From Octopus vulgaris (Eukaryota): 64,000 nucleotides of DNA. Positions 12,175 through 25,089 of the stretch are shown one piece after another; the first letter of the stretch is position 1; each line of letters opens with the position of its first letter. The DNA lies in assembly GCA_951406725.2 (NCBI GenBank), contig OX597816.1:101494001-101558000 (forward strand). Direction: 5' to 3'. The translations under genes were made by a program, and so were the position numbers. Under the pieces are notes generated by a model, which made no database searches, was not told where the DNA came from, and saw only the letters and a program-made list of their open reading frames with translations.

Positions 12175-12638
12175 TCCGACCAAAGCCTTGTAAGTGAATT
12201 TGGTTGAAAGAAGACTGTCGTATATATATACAAATTTTTATATTTATGTGTTTGTCTCCCTGCCATCGCTTGGCAACTGATGCTGGTTCGGCAATAGAGG
12301 CTGATAGAATATTACTAAGCTTGCAAAGAATAAGACCTGGTGTCGATTTCTTCGACTAAAACTCTTTGAGTGGGGTGCTCCAGCATGGCAGCAGTCAAAT
12401 GACTGAAGCAAGTTAAAGAATAAAAGAATATATATTTTTTTCTTTTATTCTTGTTTCAGTCATTTAACTGCAGCCATGCTAGAGCACCATCTTTAGCCGA
12501 AGAAATCGACCCCAGGATTCATTCTTTGTAAGTCTAGTACTTATTCTATCGGTCTCTTTTGCCAAACCGCTAAGTTACTGGGACGTAAATATACCAACAC
12601 CGGTTGTCAAGCGATGGTGAGGGAACAAACACAGATAC

Positions 12639-12642
<4 letters not shown>
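12175..12642. mobile_element. Two family-A SINE fragments, tail to tail (12175-12428 +, 12440-12642 -)
   Basis: Match the body and tail of the full copy at 50378-50782. Confidence 0.8.
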
Positions 12643-12675
<33 letters not shown>

Positions 12676-12688
12676 TATACATATATAT

Positions 12689-12750
12689 GGGAAAAAAGTC
12701 AAGATAGAAGATGCTAAAATAATTTTATAAAACACATTTCAGTACCGGTA
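12689..12750 (-). mobile_element. Partial PLE pLTR (inverted partner of 13880-14050)
   Basis: Near-perfect reverse complement of 13990-14050; same family as 38118-38240 and 39988-40154. Confidence 0.85.
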
Positions 12751-12792
12751 TATATATATACATATGTATATATATGTATATATATATATATA

Positions 12793-13868
12793 TAAAACTT
12801 AGATAAAACTTAGATATGTTTCGACCTGAGATTGGTCCAGGCCATGTCTAACTTAATAGCACCACCTGATAGGATTATTCGAATCTTGTTTAAGTCAAGT
12901 TTTGTTCAAGTAGTGAGTTCTTGTTGGGTGAGTTGTATCCAGTTTTGTTCAAGTAGTGAGTTCTTGTTGGGTGAGTTGTATCCAATTATGGGTGGTTTAT
13001 CTGGTATTCTTTGAAGGAATCTATCCAGACTCTGTTTAAAGTTGATGGGATCCTTTTCCTCTTTGATCTCCCTCGGGACAATGTTAAATAGGGCAGGGCC
13101 TGTTGAGGAAAAGTAATTATGTTGCAGTGTACATGTATGTTCTGATCTTGAATTTGGCAGGGGACGTATAGCCCGTGGTCCAAGTCTTGGATGGACCTTG
13201 AAGCTAATGTTTAGGTCGTTTGGGCAAAGTTGGCGGTATATTTTCCACATCGTACAAATGATGTACCGCTCACGGCGACGCTGGAGGGAGTAAAGTTTCA
13301 AGGTTTTAAGGCGATCCCAATAATCGAGAGCAGCCATGCCTTCAATTTGTTTAGTGAGAGCCCTCTGGGGTGACTCAATTCTGGAGATGTTTTGTCTTGT
13401 GTGAGGAGACCACAGTGGGCAGCAGTATTCAAGGTGTGGCCGTACAAAGGAGGAAAAAAGTGGTATGATGACACCTTGTTCTCTGGACCGGAAAGTTCTT
13501 AAGATCCAGGAACTCATCCTACGAGCTATATCAACCTTCTTGTTGATGTGTGCACTCCAACTGAGATTGTCATCAACAATTACACCCAGGTCTCTGATAT
13601 TGTTAGAGGCTGTGAGCGGTTCCCCTGAAGGAAGAGAGTATGGTTGTTTTAGTGAGGAATTTCTTCCAAAATGCATCAGCTCAAATTTTCCCTCATTCAG
13701 TTGCATTTTGTTTCTGTCTGCCCATTGACTCACAGCATATAGATCAGACTGGAGTTGAGTTCGGTCTGCTTCTTCATTGACGATTTGCTGGAGCTTAGTG
13801 TCATCAGCGAATATTTTCACTTTGCAGTGATGTACGACACTGGAAAGGTCGTTTACGTAAATTATGAT
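12793..13868 (-). mobile_element. Young 5'-truncated CR1/L2-group LINE (RT C-terminal half plus 3' UTR)
   Basis: Open frame of about 320 aa with YVNDL, IFADDTKL, LQSDL, IRDLGV, VRPHLEYCCPLWSPH, LYSLQRRRERY; short tandem 3' tail; sits in (TA)n. Confidence 0.93.
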
Positions 13869-13879
13869 ATATATATATA

Positions 13880-14050
13880 TCATTTGTATTTGAACACTAT
13901 ACAACTATTCTTTTTAAAAAAATTTCTTTTAATTTTTCCAAATTTAATTGTTTTCCATACCTATAGTTGAAAAAGTCTCAATCACTGAAACCGGTACTGA
14001 AATGTGTTTTATAAAATTATTTTAGCATCTTCTATCTTGACTTTTTTCCC
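13880..14050 (+). mobile_element. PLE pLTR with degenerate hammerhead (13963-14002)
   Basis: Matches 39988-40154; TTGAAAA AGTC-TCAAT-CACT GAAA CCGG TA ctg. Confidence 0.8.
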
Positions 14051-14063
14051 ATATATATGTATA

Positions 14064-14143
<80 letters not shown>

Positions 14144-14149
<6 letters not shown>

Positions 14150-14462
14150 GGATGACCACTATGTGGACAACCTTTATGCTAGAAGTAGATTCGCTATGGT
14201 CTTACCACTAAGAAATGTTCTCAGGAAAAATTTAGCAAACACGAGAACGTAATCGAGCAAGACAAAAGAAAAGCAAAAATAATATGGATTATTCGCATAC
14301 ATTTGTCTTGAGAACATTTCTTAGTGGTAAGACCATAGTGGATCTACTTCTAGCATAAGGGTTGTCCACATAGTGGCCATCCCTCTCAAGTGTATATAAT
14401 ACAATTTTACTGTGAAATTGATGCTAATTAAATTAATATCAAATTTCTCACCCTCATTTTAA
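14144..14462. repeat. Foldback element in (TA)n with inverted arms of about 85 bp (14144-14230 / 14300-14388)
   Basis: gagagggatgaccactatgtggacaacc...ggttgtccacatagtggccatccctctc; probably PLE-derived (inference). Confidence 0.8.
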
Positions 14463-14522
<60 letters not shown>

Positions 14523-14524
<2 letters not shown>

Positions 14525-14690
14525 GATGAACTTCTTTCGGTTTCCGTCTTACCAAATCCACTCACAAAGCTTTGGTCGGCCCACGGCTATAGTATTAGAC
14601 AGTCGCCCAAAGCTCCACGCAGTGGGACTGAACCCGGAGCCATGTGGCTAGGAAGCAAGCTTCTTACCACACAGCCACTTTTGCGCCTAT
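14523..14690 (-). mobile_element. Family-A SINE head
   Basis: Reverse complement of the 50378-50540 type sequence. Confidence 0.85.
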
Positions 14691-14697
14691 GAATGGA

Positions 14698-14801
14698 ATG
14701 CTTACAGCACCTAGGTTTCCCAAGCGGTCACCCATCTAACTAGGCTCGATGTTGCTTAAATTCTGTGATCAGACGAGAACCGGTGCTTTCAACGTGATAT
14801 G
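14698..14801 (-). pseudogene. 5S rRNA pseudogene
   Basis: Minus strand catatcacgttgaaagcaccggttctcgtctgatcacagaatttaagcaacatcgagcctagttagatgggtgaccgcttgggaaacctaggtgctgtaagc aligns to metazoan 5S; lacks about 9 nt at the 5' end and has an internal deletion of about 7 nt. Confidence 0.9.
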
Positions 14802-14868
14802 TACACATACGTGCACACACAAATGTAAGCATACATTCATACCTACACAAAGACATACACAAACGCAT

Positions 14869-14925
<57 letters not shown>

Positions 14926-15559
14926 CATAACCTCCATCACGGCAAACACAGACACACACATATATAAGTGCAGAGGTACGGGCGGGGTGAGGTTAAGAAG
15001 TCCACGTCGCAACCACGTAATTTCGGCGTTGGTCCTACTGCATGGCAGTTCAGAGATAATGTTGGCCTGTCCAACTAGCCAGTCGGGTGGTATCATTCGA
15101 AAGCTGCAACAATGCGTAGAAGTGCATTGTAACCGCCTGTGTATAACGACATGCGGTAATCGTGTTGATGTTGTGAATTTGATAAAATGTTGAAATAGAA
15201 TCACACTGGCGAATCGTCTTATTTTTATCGGACAGAAAATGGGAAGTGCTGGGGTTAGACGTTTTGGTAACGATAGTGAAATTAAAATTGGGCTTCTTAG
15301 AAGCGGCTGACACTAAATCTGGTTGAAATAGTTTGGAAGGACCTTCGTTGGGATGTGAAGAAACCAAAATAAAATGGCGGCTGACAAGAGATCACTTCAG
15401 TACAGAGTGTGTTGTATCGTAACCAGTGTAAATAATGATTTCAAGATTTGGCATAAGCGCCATCAATTTGGGGGAAGGGAAAAGTCGATTACATCGACCC
15501 CAGTACACAACTGGCACTTATTTTATCGACCACGACGACACACACATAACTCATTCGCA

Positions 15560-15608
<49 letters not shown>

Positions 15609-16054
15609 CTTTTAGGTTTCTTTCTCTATTTTCCGTTGAATACATTCTTCAATCAATGCATATTGGTGATGTTATTTACGCTTTTGCACCAACTTATTTT
15701 AGACAGTCAAAAAAAGATAGCAATCTATCTAACTAAAATCTGATCGAAAAATTTAACAAGGCAAAATAAAAAAAAAAAAGAGTTCAACACATATAACATT
15801 TGAATGAGGACTTCAACATTGAAAATCGATAGGGGAGTTCAAGTGATGTGACAGACGAATGGGCAGTTCAAAAAGAAAGGCCAGTGGAAACTAGATCTAA
15901 CACTATAATATGATTTACCTAATTAACTATTTCTGATGGAAATACTCGCTAGCTAGATCGATACACATATATCAATACCAATGATGTCAATATATATATA
16001 TATATATGTGTGTGTGTGTATGTATGTATGTTTGTATGCATAAATATATATATG

Positions 16055-16112
<58 letters not shown>

Positions 16113-16327
16113 TGCACACCTACGTACATACATACTCATTAGCATAAAGTAATGCCTATACATATCTGTGTAGGGAGAGACTAGGAAACATAAAAAGAAA
16201 TCGTGGGTGATGCATTGATGCATAGACAATAAGGCAGTTAACCGATTGACATATGAGCGACAGAAAGACAGACAGGCAGGCAGGCAGGCAGGCAGACAGA
16301 CAGGCAGGCAGACTGACAGACAGGCAA

Positions 16328-16403
<76 letters not shown>

Positions 16404-17354
16404 GAGTTCGATGGATTGATGCATGCTAGAATCAATGGACTAACAGATAAATCGATCGATTGCTCTATATATAGATGGATCGATGGATGGATCGATGGAT
16501 GGACCAATGGATTGGTGAAACGATGAATCGATCGGCAGACAAACGGGCAAACCGACTAAGGAATAGACATTTCCACTCAAATTCTCACCTCCGACATCAT
16601 GGTTACTGAAGCAATATAACCAGCATTGCAGTCGCCCTCAGTTGCAGGAACACAGCCACCATCGACTCCTCCGCATCAACCATCACAACTGTCATCACCA
16701 ACATATTCACAGTTATAATCACTACTATCATTAAAAAAAAACCCGAAATCTCTTAATCATTCAACACTCCCACCATTACAACCACACGCACCACAATCTA
16801 TTATTACCATCAATAATATCAATACGATAGTCTACCAACTCTAACCATGGCTACCACTATTAATACCACGATCACAAACATCTCTACAATGATGTACAGC
16901 ACCAATGTTATTAGTGGCGCAGCTAAGGTGCGTGCCACTGGTGGCAGCTCCTGAGTTTTCTGCTCCTGCCCCCGGTCCCAAAAGCGTTGCTCGGGGCGAA
17001 CCATCCCTCACCTGCATCTAGCTATGTTACTAAGCACTATGTCTGTATAGGCCACCATTACGACAAACTTCTCAACACTATCAACAACAGCATCATTATT
17101 AAACTAGCACTACTAACATCACCGTCACACTTCCAAAATAACTTATACACTAACAACACCACTGCTGCACCTCCAGTGCCATCTACGCACCAGTACCCCC
17201 ATAACTTCAAACGTAACTACCACATCTTTGGCACCAATACCACAATCCTAGTACAACTACCACTAATAGCTACATACCTAGCGCCAATACTACACCTCAC
17301 ACTAACAACAACAACACCACCAACAGCAATAATAATGTGAATAACATCACATTA

Positions 17355-17570
17355 AAGTGGCGAACTGGCAGAGTCGTTAGCACGCCGGGCATAATGTTTA
17401 GCGGCATTTCGTCCGTCTTTACGTTCTGAGTTCAAATTCCACCGAAGTTGACTTTGGTTTTCATCTTTTTGGGGTCAATAAAGTAAGTACTAATTGAACA
17501 CTGGTGTCGATGCAATTGACTTATCCCATCTCCCGAAGTTGCTGGCCTTGTGCCAAAATTTGAAGTCAGT
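17355..17570 (+). mobile_element. tRNA-related SINE family B (core gtcgactttgcctttcatcctttcggggtcgataaa..agtaccag)
   Basis: Most abundant family; other copies about 4590-4715, 5985-6205, 15440-15535, 21720-21922, 23395-23750, 30020-30120, 44000-44195, 56340-56490, 58720-58920, 59535-59720, 60532-60975, 63325-63538. Confidence 0.85.
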
Positions 17571-18360
17571 ATGAATAACTTTACTATCAATAATACCACT
17601 ACCATATGGTTTATTGTTAACACTGTTACCTCCAAAGCTAGCATCACAACAACTCCACCATCATACCAACAACAAGATCAATATTACACTAACAATGCTA
17701 CCATCATATCAAAAACATTAATACTACCACCATAGCAACAACAACGCCAACAACACTACCATCATACTAGCAACACTTCCATCACACCAACATCATCATA
17801 TCAGCAACACAATTACACTAAGAACACTGCCATCACACTAACAACTGTATCAACAATACTAACACCAACACCATCCCAACAACACCAACTCCGCTATTGC
17901 TCTAACACCAACACTGCTATCATACTAACAACGGCACCAACAACATCAATATGCGAACAACACAAACACCGCCATCACAACAACAACAACTCTAATAACA
18001 CCAACAACATCAACATCAACAAGCCAGCAACAATACTTACACCGTCATCATACACACAATACCAACACCATCATCATACTAGTAACAGCACCAACAACAC
18101 AAGCACGGCCATTGCTACAACAACAGCACCAAGAACACTAACAACACCAGCATAACAACAGAAACACTAACACAGCCATCACACTAACAGCAACAACATC
18201 AACAAGCACCAACAGCACCAACAACAATATTGCCGACAACACCAACGATCATACCAATACCACCACCATCACCACAACGACCACCACCACCAACAACAAC
18301 AACAACATCAATAACACCGACGCCGTTACCATATTCTCGACACCACTCTCCCCAGCACCA
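17570..18360. repeat. Degenerate (CAA/CAC)n low-complexity tract
   Basis: Directly visible. Confidence 0.9.
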
Positions 18361-18599
18361 ACCTAACCCCTATCCACATTCCCATTACACCCCTGTATAA
18401 AAGCAGTGTTAACCAATCAATGATGCCCATTTGTAATCCCAGTAAATTCTAGAAAATCTCCTCCAACTGCACACTTGTCTATTTGATGTCATTAACAAGA
18501 ATCATTTATTACTGGAGCCTGCCTATAAATAGTACGACTCGTTTTAATTGGATAACATACAGATGACGTCATCGATGTGGGGCTTATTAGTGCTGTTTG

Positions 18600-19701
18600 C
18601 TGCTGTTGTTGTTGTTATTGTTATAGTAGTAGCAAAAGTAGTAAAAATTGATGGTGCTGGTATTTGCTATGGCGGTAGCGGTGGCAGTGGTGGTGATAGT
18701 GGTGGTGGTGGTGGTGGTGGTGGTAGGAGTGTTGTTATTAGTGGTGGTGATGGTGTTGTTGTTGCTAGTAGTGGTAGTAGTGGTGGTGGTGCTGGCGGCG
18801 GCAGTGGTGCTGGTGCTGGCGGCGGCTGTGGTGTTGGTGATGGTCGCAATAGTGGTGATGGTTGCGATAGTGGTGGTGGTTGCGATAGTGGTGGTGGTGG
18901 TGGTGGTGATGTGGTTGTGGTGGTGGTGGTGGTGGTGGTGGTGGCGGTGGTGATAGTAGTAGAGTGACTGTGGTAATGTTGGGTTTAGTAGTGAACGTCG
19001 TGGTGGGGTCGGGTGGGTGGGGTTGTATTGGAGGAGGTAGTAGTAAAGATAGGTGGTTGTGGTTGAATGGTGTTTATGATGGTGATGATAGTGGTGGTGG
19101 TGGTGGTGGTGGTGGCGATGTTGATTGTGAAGGTAGATCGTAGGAGTGATAGCTGTTAAGATGTCAGTGGTATTGGTGATGGCGATGGTGGTGGTGGTGG
19201 AGGTGATGAAGGTGGCGGTGGTACTGTGCTTTGGTTAAGAACAGTGGCTGAAGAAGGTGGTGGTGCTGGTGGTGGTGGTGTAGAACGGTGGAAATAGTGA
19301 CTGTGGTAATGGCAGTGGTAGTGGTGGATGTATTGGTGGCGGTGGCGGTAGTGATTGCGGCGGCAGCGGTGGTGGTGGTGATTTGGTGGTATTGATGGTA
19401 TTGGTAATGGTATTGGTATTGGTGGTGATGGTAGTGGTGGTGAGATTGATGGTGAAGTGATGGAGAGAAAGAGGAGGTAATTGATTCGTGGGGGTAATGC
19501 TAGTGGTGGTAGTGAAAGCCATAAGGCTGGAAATGATGATGATGATGACGATGATGATGATGTTGGAGGATGGCGGAGTGATAGTGAAAGTGGTGGAGGT
19601 TATTTGATACTTGTGTATGCAGTAGTAGTACGGGTAGGTAGGTAGGTAGGTAGGTAGGTAAGCTGGTTTTAATGTTTGTGCAGAAGGTGCAGGTTTTGAT
19701 A

Positions 19702-19746
<45 letters not shown>

Positions 19747-19790
19747 GCAACGATGATGGTGCAATTGTTGTTTAGCAACCACCACCCCAA
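18600..19790. repeat. Degenerate (GGT/GAT)n low-complexity tract
   Basis: Directly visible; explains the Gly/Val/Pro-rich ORFs. Confidence 0.9.
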
Positions 19791-20709
19791 AGTTAGTCCG
19801 AATCAATAGATACGTAACTAAAAGCATTCCAGCCATGACTACCCTGTCTTTCTAGAATCATATAAAACTCCTTTATCTAAAATGTCCTTAGATAGTAGGA
19901 CGTGATTCGAGGGAAAATTGCTGCTATTTCTTGCAGGTCAGCCGACCACATAGAAGCTCCTTTGTTGGATCTCTCTGTGGTTGTCATCGTCGTTTAACCC
20001 TGGGTCATCCTTGATCGAGCAGACTTCTGTTTAAAAACATTTCAACTACAACCACCCGGAAAAGCGGGGGTTCTTTAGGGAGAGGAGGTTGGGGCTGGGG
20101 TGGGGTTGTCTTTTTTCTTAGTACAAGACATTATCCAACGAATCCTTTTTTTATTTTTAAAGACGGTAGGATGAAATTTGAGAACGCCTTTGTGTGTTAT
20201 TTCTAGCAGGTCGAGTGACTACGTAGATGCTCCTTAGTTGGGTCATGCTTGCGGTTGTGGTGGCAGCGGCGGTGGTAACAGTGGTGGTCTAGGTGATAGT
20301 TGTAGCACGAATGCTAATGGGTGTGGTGGTGATGGTCGGCATGATATTGGACAGGTAAGATAGTCAAGGCAGTAATGCTGATGATGATGATGAGGAGGAG
20401 GAGGAGGAAATGATGATGATGGTGATGATGATGATGATGATGATGATGGCGGAGAGGAGGTAATGCTATATTTGAAGGTTCAGTGCGCGACAATATTAAC
20501 TCGAGTAAAAATTGCTCGATGAAATTGAAGTAGTTTGGTTTGAGTAGTTTGGCAAACAGAGATTGATCAAATAAGTCCGAAACTGAAATAAATACTGGTG
20601 TTAGTATGACTAAACTATTGATGAGAGAAACTAGCAACAACAAAAAAACGAATAACAGAATCTGTGAGAGGAAAAGCGAGAGCGTGTGTTTGTGGGGGAG
20701 GGGTGAGTA

Positions 20710-21022
<313 letters not shown>

Positions 21023-21674
21023 TCTGTGTGTGTGTGTCTGTGTCTGCGTCTGTGTGTGTGATTATGCTTATGACTGGGTTTTGGGGTAGAGTTTTATCGT
21101 GCCTGCTGGTCACAGAGGGATTTAGTCATTTTACCCCGCCTGAAGAGAGATACAGTTCTCCAAAGAGAACATTCTGTGGAAGACTTGCAACAGGACACGA
21201 CCACACAAACTTCCTCTATATTGTGTGACAGAAGTTAACGATTTTCGGCTCTATTCTTTCATCTGTAAACAAATGTTGTTGCCCCAAATATTTCATAAAT
21301 TATATAAATATTTATTAAACTCTTTTGGCGAAAAAATACCTCGTTGATACAAATTTTAATATACTTTGTAGAAAGTATGTGTCTAATTACAAAGTATGTA
21401 GGCCTTTAGGAAGTGAATTCCATATTCAGCATACTTTCATCCTGTCGTGTACAAAAGCATTTGTTTTCTGGTACATTTGTTCACTCCGGGAATTTTATAT
21501 TGAACTCTGTGAGACTACTGATCACAGATAGTCTGTCCTTTTATACCGTCTGAAGAGAGATACAGCTCTTGAAACAGAACGCTTTCTATCAAAATATTTA
21601 CTCCGACGCAACACCATGGATATTTCTGTTCTGTTAAGTGTGTGCGTGTCTTTGTATGTACATATATGTATAAA

Positions 21675-21718
<44 letters not shown>

Positions 21719-22288
21719 CTCTTTTCTACTCTAGGCACAAGCCCGAAATTTTGGGAGAGGGGGCCAGTCGATTAGATTGACCTCAGTACGCAACTGGTAC
21801 TTAATTTATCGACTCCGAAAGGATGAAAGGCAAAGTCGGCCTCGGCGGAATTTGAACTCAGAACGTAAAGACAGACGAAATTCCCCTAAGCATTTCACCC
21901 TAACGTTTCTGGCAGCTCGCCTTATATATATAAACTGCTGACGTCATAAGAATTTTTTCGAGAGAATCCTTTTTTGGGAATATCTCTAAGCATACACATA
22001 AAGCTATAAATAATTGCATGCAAATATTGGGTTGAAACCATATTTGGATACCTGTCATGTGACCAGATGTAGGTTAGTGTCCCACAGACAGCCTTCGACT
22101 TTTTCTATCCGAAAGTGTTTTTCAACCCAATATTTATATGCTATTATTCATATCTTTATGTGTGCATCGAGATACATATGTGTGAATGTGTGTGCGTATG
22201 TGTGTGTGTGCGGAGACAGACAGACACGCTGATAAACAGAGACAGACAGACAAATAGATGAATAGATAGATATGTGGATAGATAGGTG

Positions 22289-22362
<74 letters not shown>

Positions 22363-22584
22363 CATGAAAGTGTGTGCATGCCTTTGTGTGTGTATGTGTG
22401 TGTGTCTGTGTGTGTGCGTGCGCACGCGCATTTGAGAGCGTTTTCAGCGTAGCAGATATCAGAGTATCGATAGTCTGTGTAATTTATTTTGTCTTCTACG
22501 GTTTCAAACAGAAGGTTGTTTTATTCAGAAAGTGGAGAGTCAACAAATCGCAGGGTTCTCACTAACCCGCATTTGATACTGCCG

Positions 22585-22650
22585 TTGGCTGCGTCACAGC
22601 GTGCCCGCCCTATAAGGCCCGCAAGCTAAGCTTTTCAGACGCTCAGTGAA
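22585..22650 (+). promoter_or_regulatory. Candidate Pol II core promoter
   Basis: TGCGTCA, GC-box CCCGCCC 22604-22610, TATAAG 22611-22616 and Inr-like TCAGT 22643-22647 at TATA-compatible spacing, in a local GC-rich patch. Confidence 0.35.
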
Positions 22651-23748
22651 AAAGAAGTTGATCCGATTGAGAGAAGGAGAGTGGAATGCTCGAAACAATG
22701 CTAGAAAACACTCTAATGAGACCTTAATCAGTGGTAAAATCTGACTTCCTCATCAAGGAATTATGATAAGTTGGTGAAAATAAGACCTCTTTCATAATGT
22801 AAGGTATGAAAGGTTAAATGGTGTTCCTATATATCCATTATAATAATTCTTGTGGCTTAACTGAAATGCTTGCTTCCACGTAAGAATTGAGACCCAGTGG
22901 CGAGTACTAAGTTGCCTTTTTTCTCTAGTATTGGCTTCTTTTTGCTAATACCTTGAATGGAATTTTGGGACCAATGTTTTAAACCATAAAAATAAATGTT
23001 CAAAGCTCTAACAAACTGGAGGACTTTTGCCAAAAACATGCATTTCCTAAATTGATGAGGACGTAGCCGGTTGTAATTTTAGATTAAGCGAATATGCGGT
23101 CCTTGCCAAGAAGATGCAAACACCTTATGGAAACGGAAGAAGATTACCAAGAAGACTACGAAAAAGTGTCGTAGTAACGACGAACCAAGAGCTTAGTTCT
23201 TCATAATCAGCTATGCCACTCACCAGGTGGCGAACTTCAGAGTCGTTAAAGCATCGGATAGAATCCTTCAGACTCACTACGCTCTTATTTCAAAATCTCT
23301 CCGAGTGATTGTTTTGTCTTTCACACTCTCTCAACTCTTTCCACTTGGAATTGGTTTTATTGCCAAAAAAAAACAATGATTACTTTCAAATAATAACATT
23401 GGTTTTAAATTTTGATACAAGGCCAGCAATTTCGGGGAATGGGGTAATTCGATTACATCGACTCCATTACTCAACTGGACTCCATCTATCGGCCCCGACA
23501 GAATGAAAGGCGAAGCCGACCTCAGTGGAATTTGAACTTAGAACATGAAGATAGAGAAAATACCGCTTGTAATAATAATGATTTCAACTTTCAGCACAAG
23601 ACCAGCAATTTCGGGAGAAAGAGTAAGTCTATTACATTGACCCCAATGATCAACTGGTACTTATTTTATCGAATCCGAATGGATGAAAAGCAAAGTCGAC
23701 CTCGGTAGAATTTGAACTCAGAACGTAAAGACGGACGAAATGCCGCTG

Positions 23749-23818
<70 letters not shown>

Positions 23819-23929
23819 AGTCTTTGTATTGTTCAACCAATAAAAATATCTATTACAATCAAATCGCGCTCTTCGTCTTGACTGTTTACCTTTGTGAAGA
23901 ATTGCGTCAATCCTGTAAAAAATAATAAT

Positions 23930-24085
23930 AATAGTTTAGTGATGATATTAGGATGTTATTTGGCCTCGATAAATGCGCAAAAGCTACTTTTAACTGAGGG
24001 AAACTGGTAGAAACATCCGACGTTGAACTTGACCAATGTTGTTAAAAGAGTTAGAAACCGGGGATGGGTTACAGATACTTAGAAG
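23930..24085 (+). mobile_element. Dong/R4-clade RT fragment
   Basis: FSDDIRMLFGLDKCAKATFN*GKLVET..YRYL; begins after aataataata. Confidence 0.75.
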
Positions 24086-24714
24086 AAGAAGAAAATAGGA
24101 AGAAACGTTATCTTGTAAAGGCGTGTGGATAGGAAATCCAAGTTATACAACGAGAAGGGAGCTAAAATAAGTTTCATAATATACAGTAGGACAAATTAGA
24201 ACATTATAAAAACACATATTTACACGGAATAAATAAAACAAATATGATAAACCCTACGGTAATTAAAACCAGACATTTAAATATAAATTAAACGTATACT
24301 TGCGTTAAGGGCACCCCGTGTTTTTAATTAAGGTTCCATTCTATTTTCTTCCTTTAGTTTCATGGTGTCCCGCTCCCGATTCTTCAATGGGGTGTTTATG
24401 CTATTTAAAAAACGAGATCTTATTTTCTCTCCTATCCGTACTCCTTCAGGAAAATCCTCTGTGTATATCTTGTTAGTCTTGCGAAAACTATGAATTTCAT
24501 TTCGTTTAAAAAGAAGGTTGGTTCCTTCTCACATGATACTGATTTTCTCTCATAAGGTAGAGTTCGTCCTCCGCAGAGAGTATCTCCTATTTACATGTGT
24601 TGTACCCCTCCCCGTGTATTTAACAAAACAATTACATTTACCAAGCCACGAGTTGTACCTGGCGTCGTATGAGGACGACAACCACCATAATTTATTCTTG
24701 TTATTTCTTTGTTC

Positions 24715-25085
24715 TAAGCTGGCGAACCGGCAGAATCGTTAGCATACCAGGCGAAATGCTTTGCGGTATTTCGTCTGCCGCTACGTTCTGAGTGCAAATT
24801 CCGCCGAGGTCGACTTTGCCTTTCATCCTTTCGGGGTTGATTAAATAAGTACCAGTTACGCACTGGGGTCGATGTAATCGACTTAATCCGTTTGTCTGTC
24901 CTTGTTTGACCCCTCTGTGTTTATCCCCTTGTGGGTAGTAAAGAAATAGGTATTTCCTCTGTCTTCATGTTCTGAGTTCAAATAGCACTGAGGACAACTT
25001 TGCCCTTCATCCTTTCGGGGTCGACTAAATACGTACCAGTCGAGTACTGGGGCTGATGTAATCAACCAGCCCCCTTCCCCCAAAT
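24715..25085 (+). mobile_element. Dimeric family-B SINE
   Basis: Two tandem core units; same layout as 35062-35462. Confidence 0.85.
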
Positions 25086-25089
25086 TTCT

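Noticed and set aside
12906-13904. 332-aa ORF as a host gene
   Set aside because: It is a 5'-truncated LINE RT; the N-terminal residues come from flanking (TA)n and pLTR sequence
14698-14801. Functional 5S rRNA gene
   Set aside because: 5' truncated, deletion in the internal control region, no T-run terminator, single copy
18548-19750. Gly-rich or Pro/Thr-rich protein ORFs
   Set aside because: They arise from degenerate GGT repeats open in several frames on both strands, with non-ATG starts and no splice support
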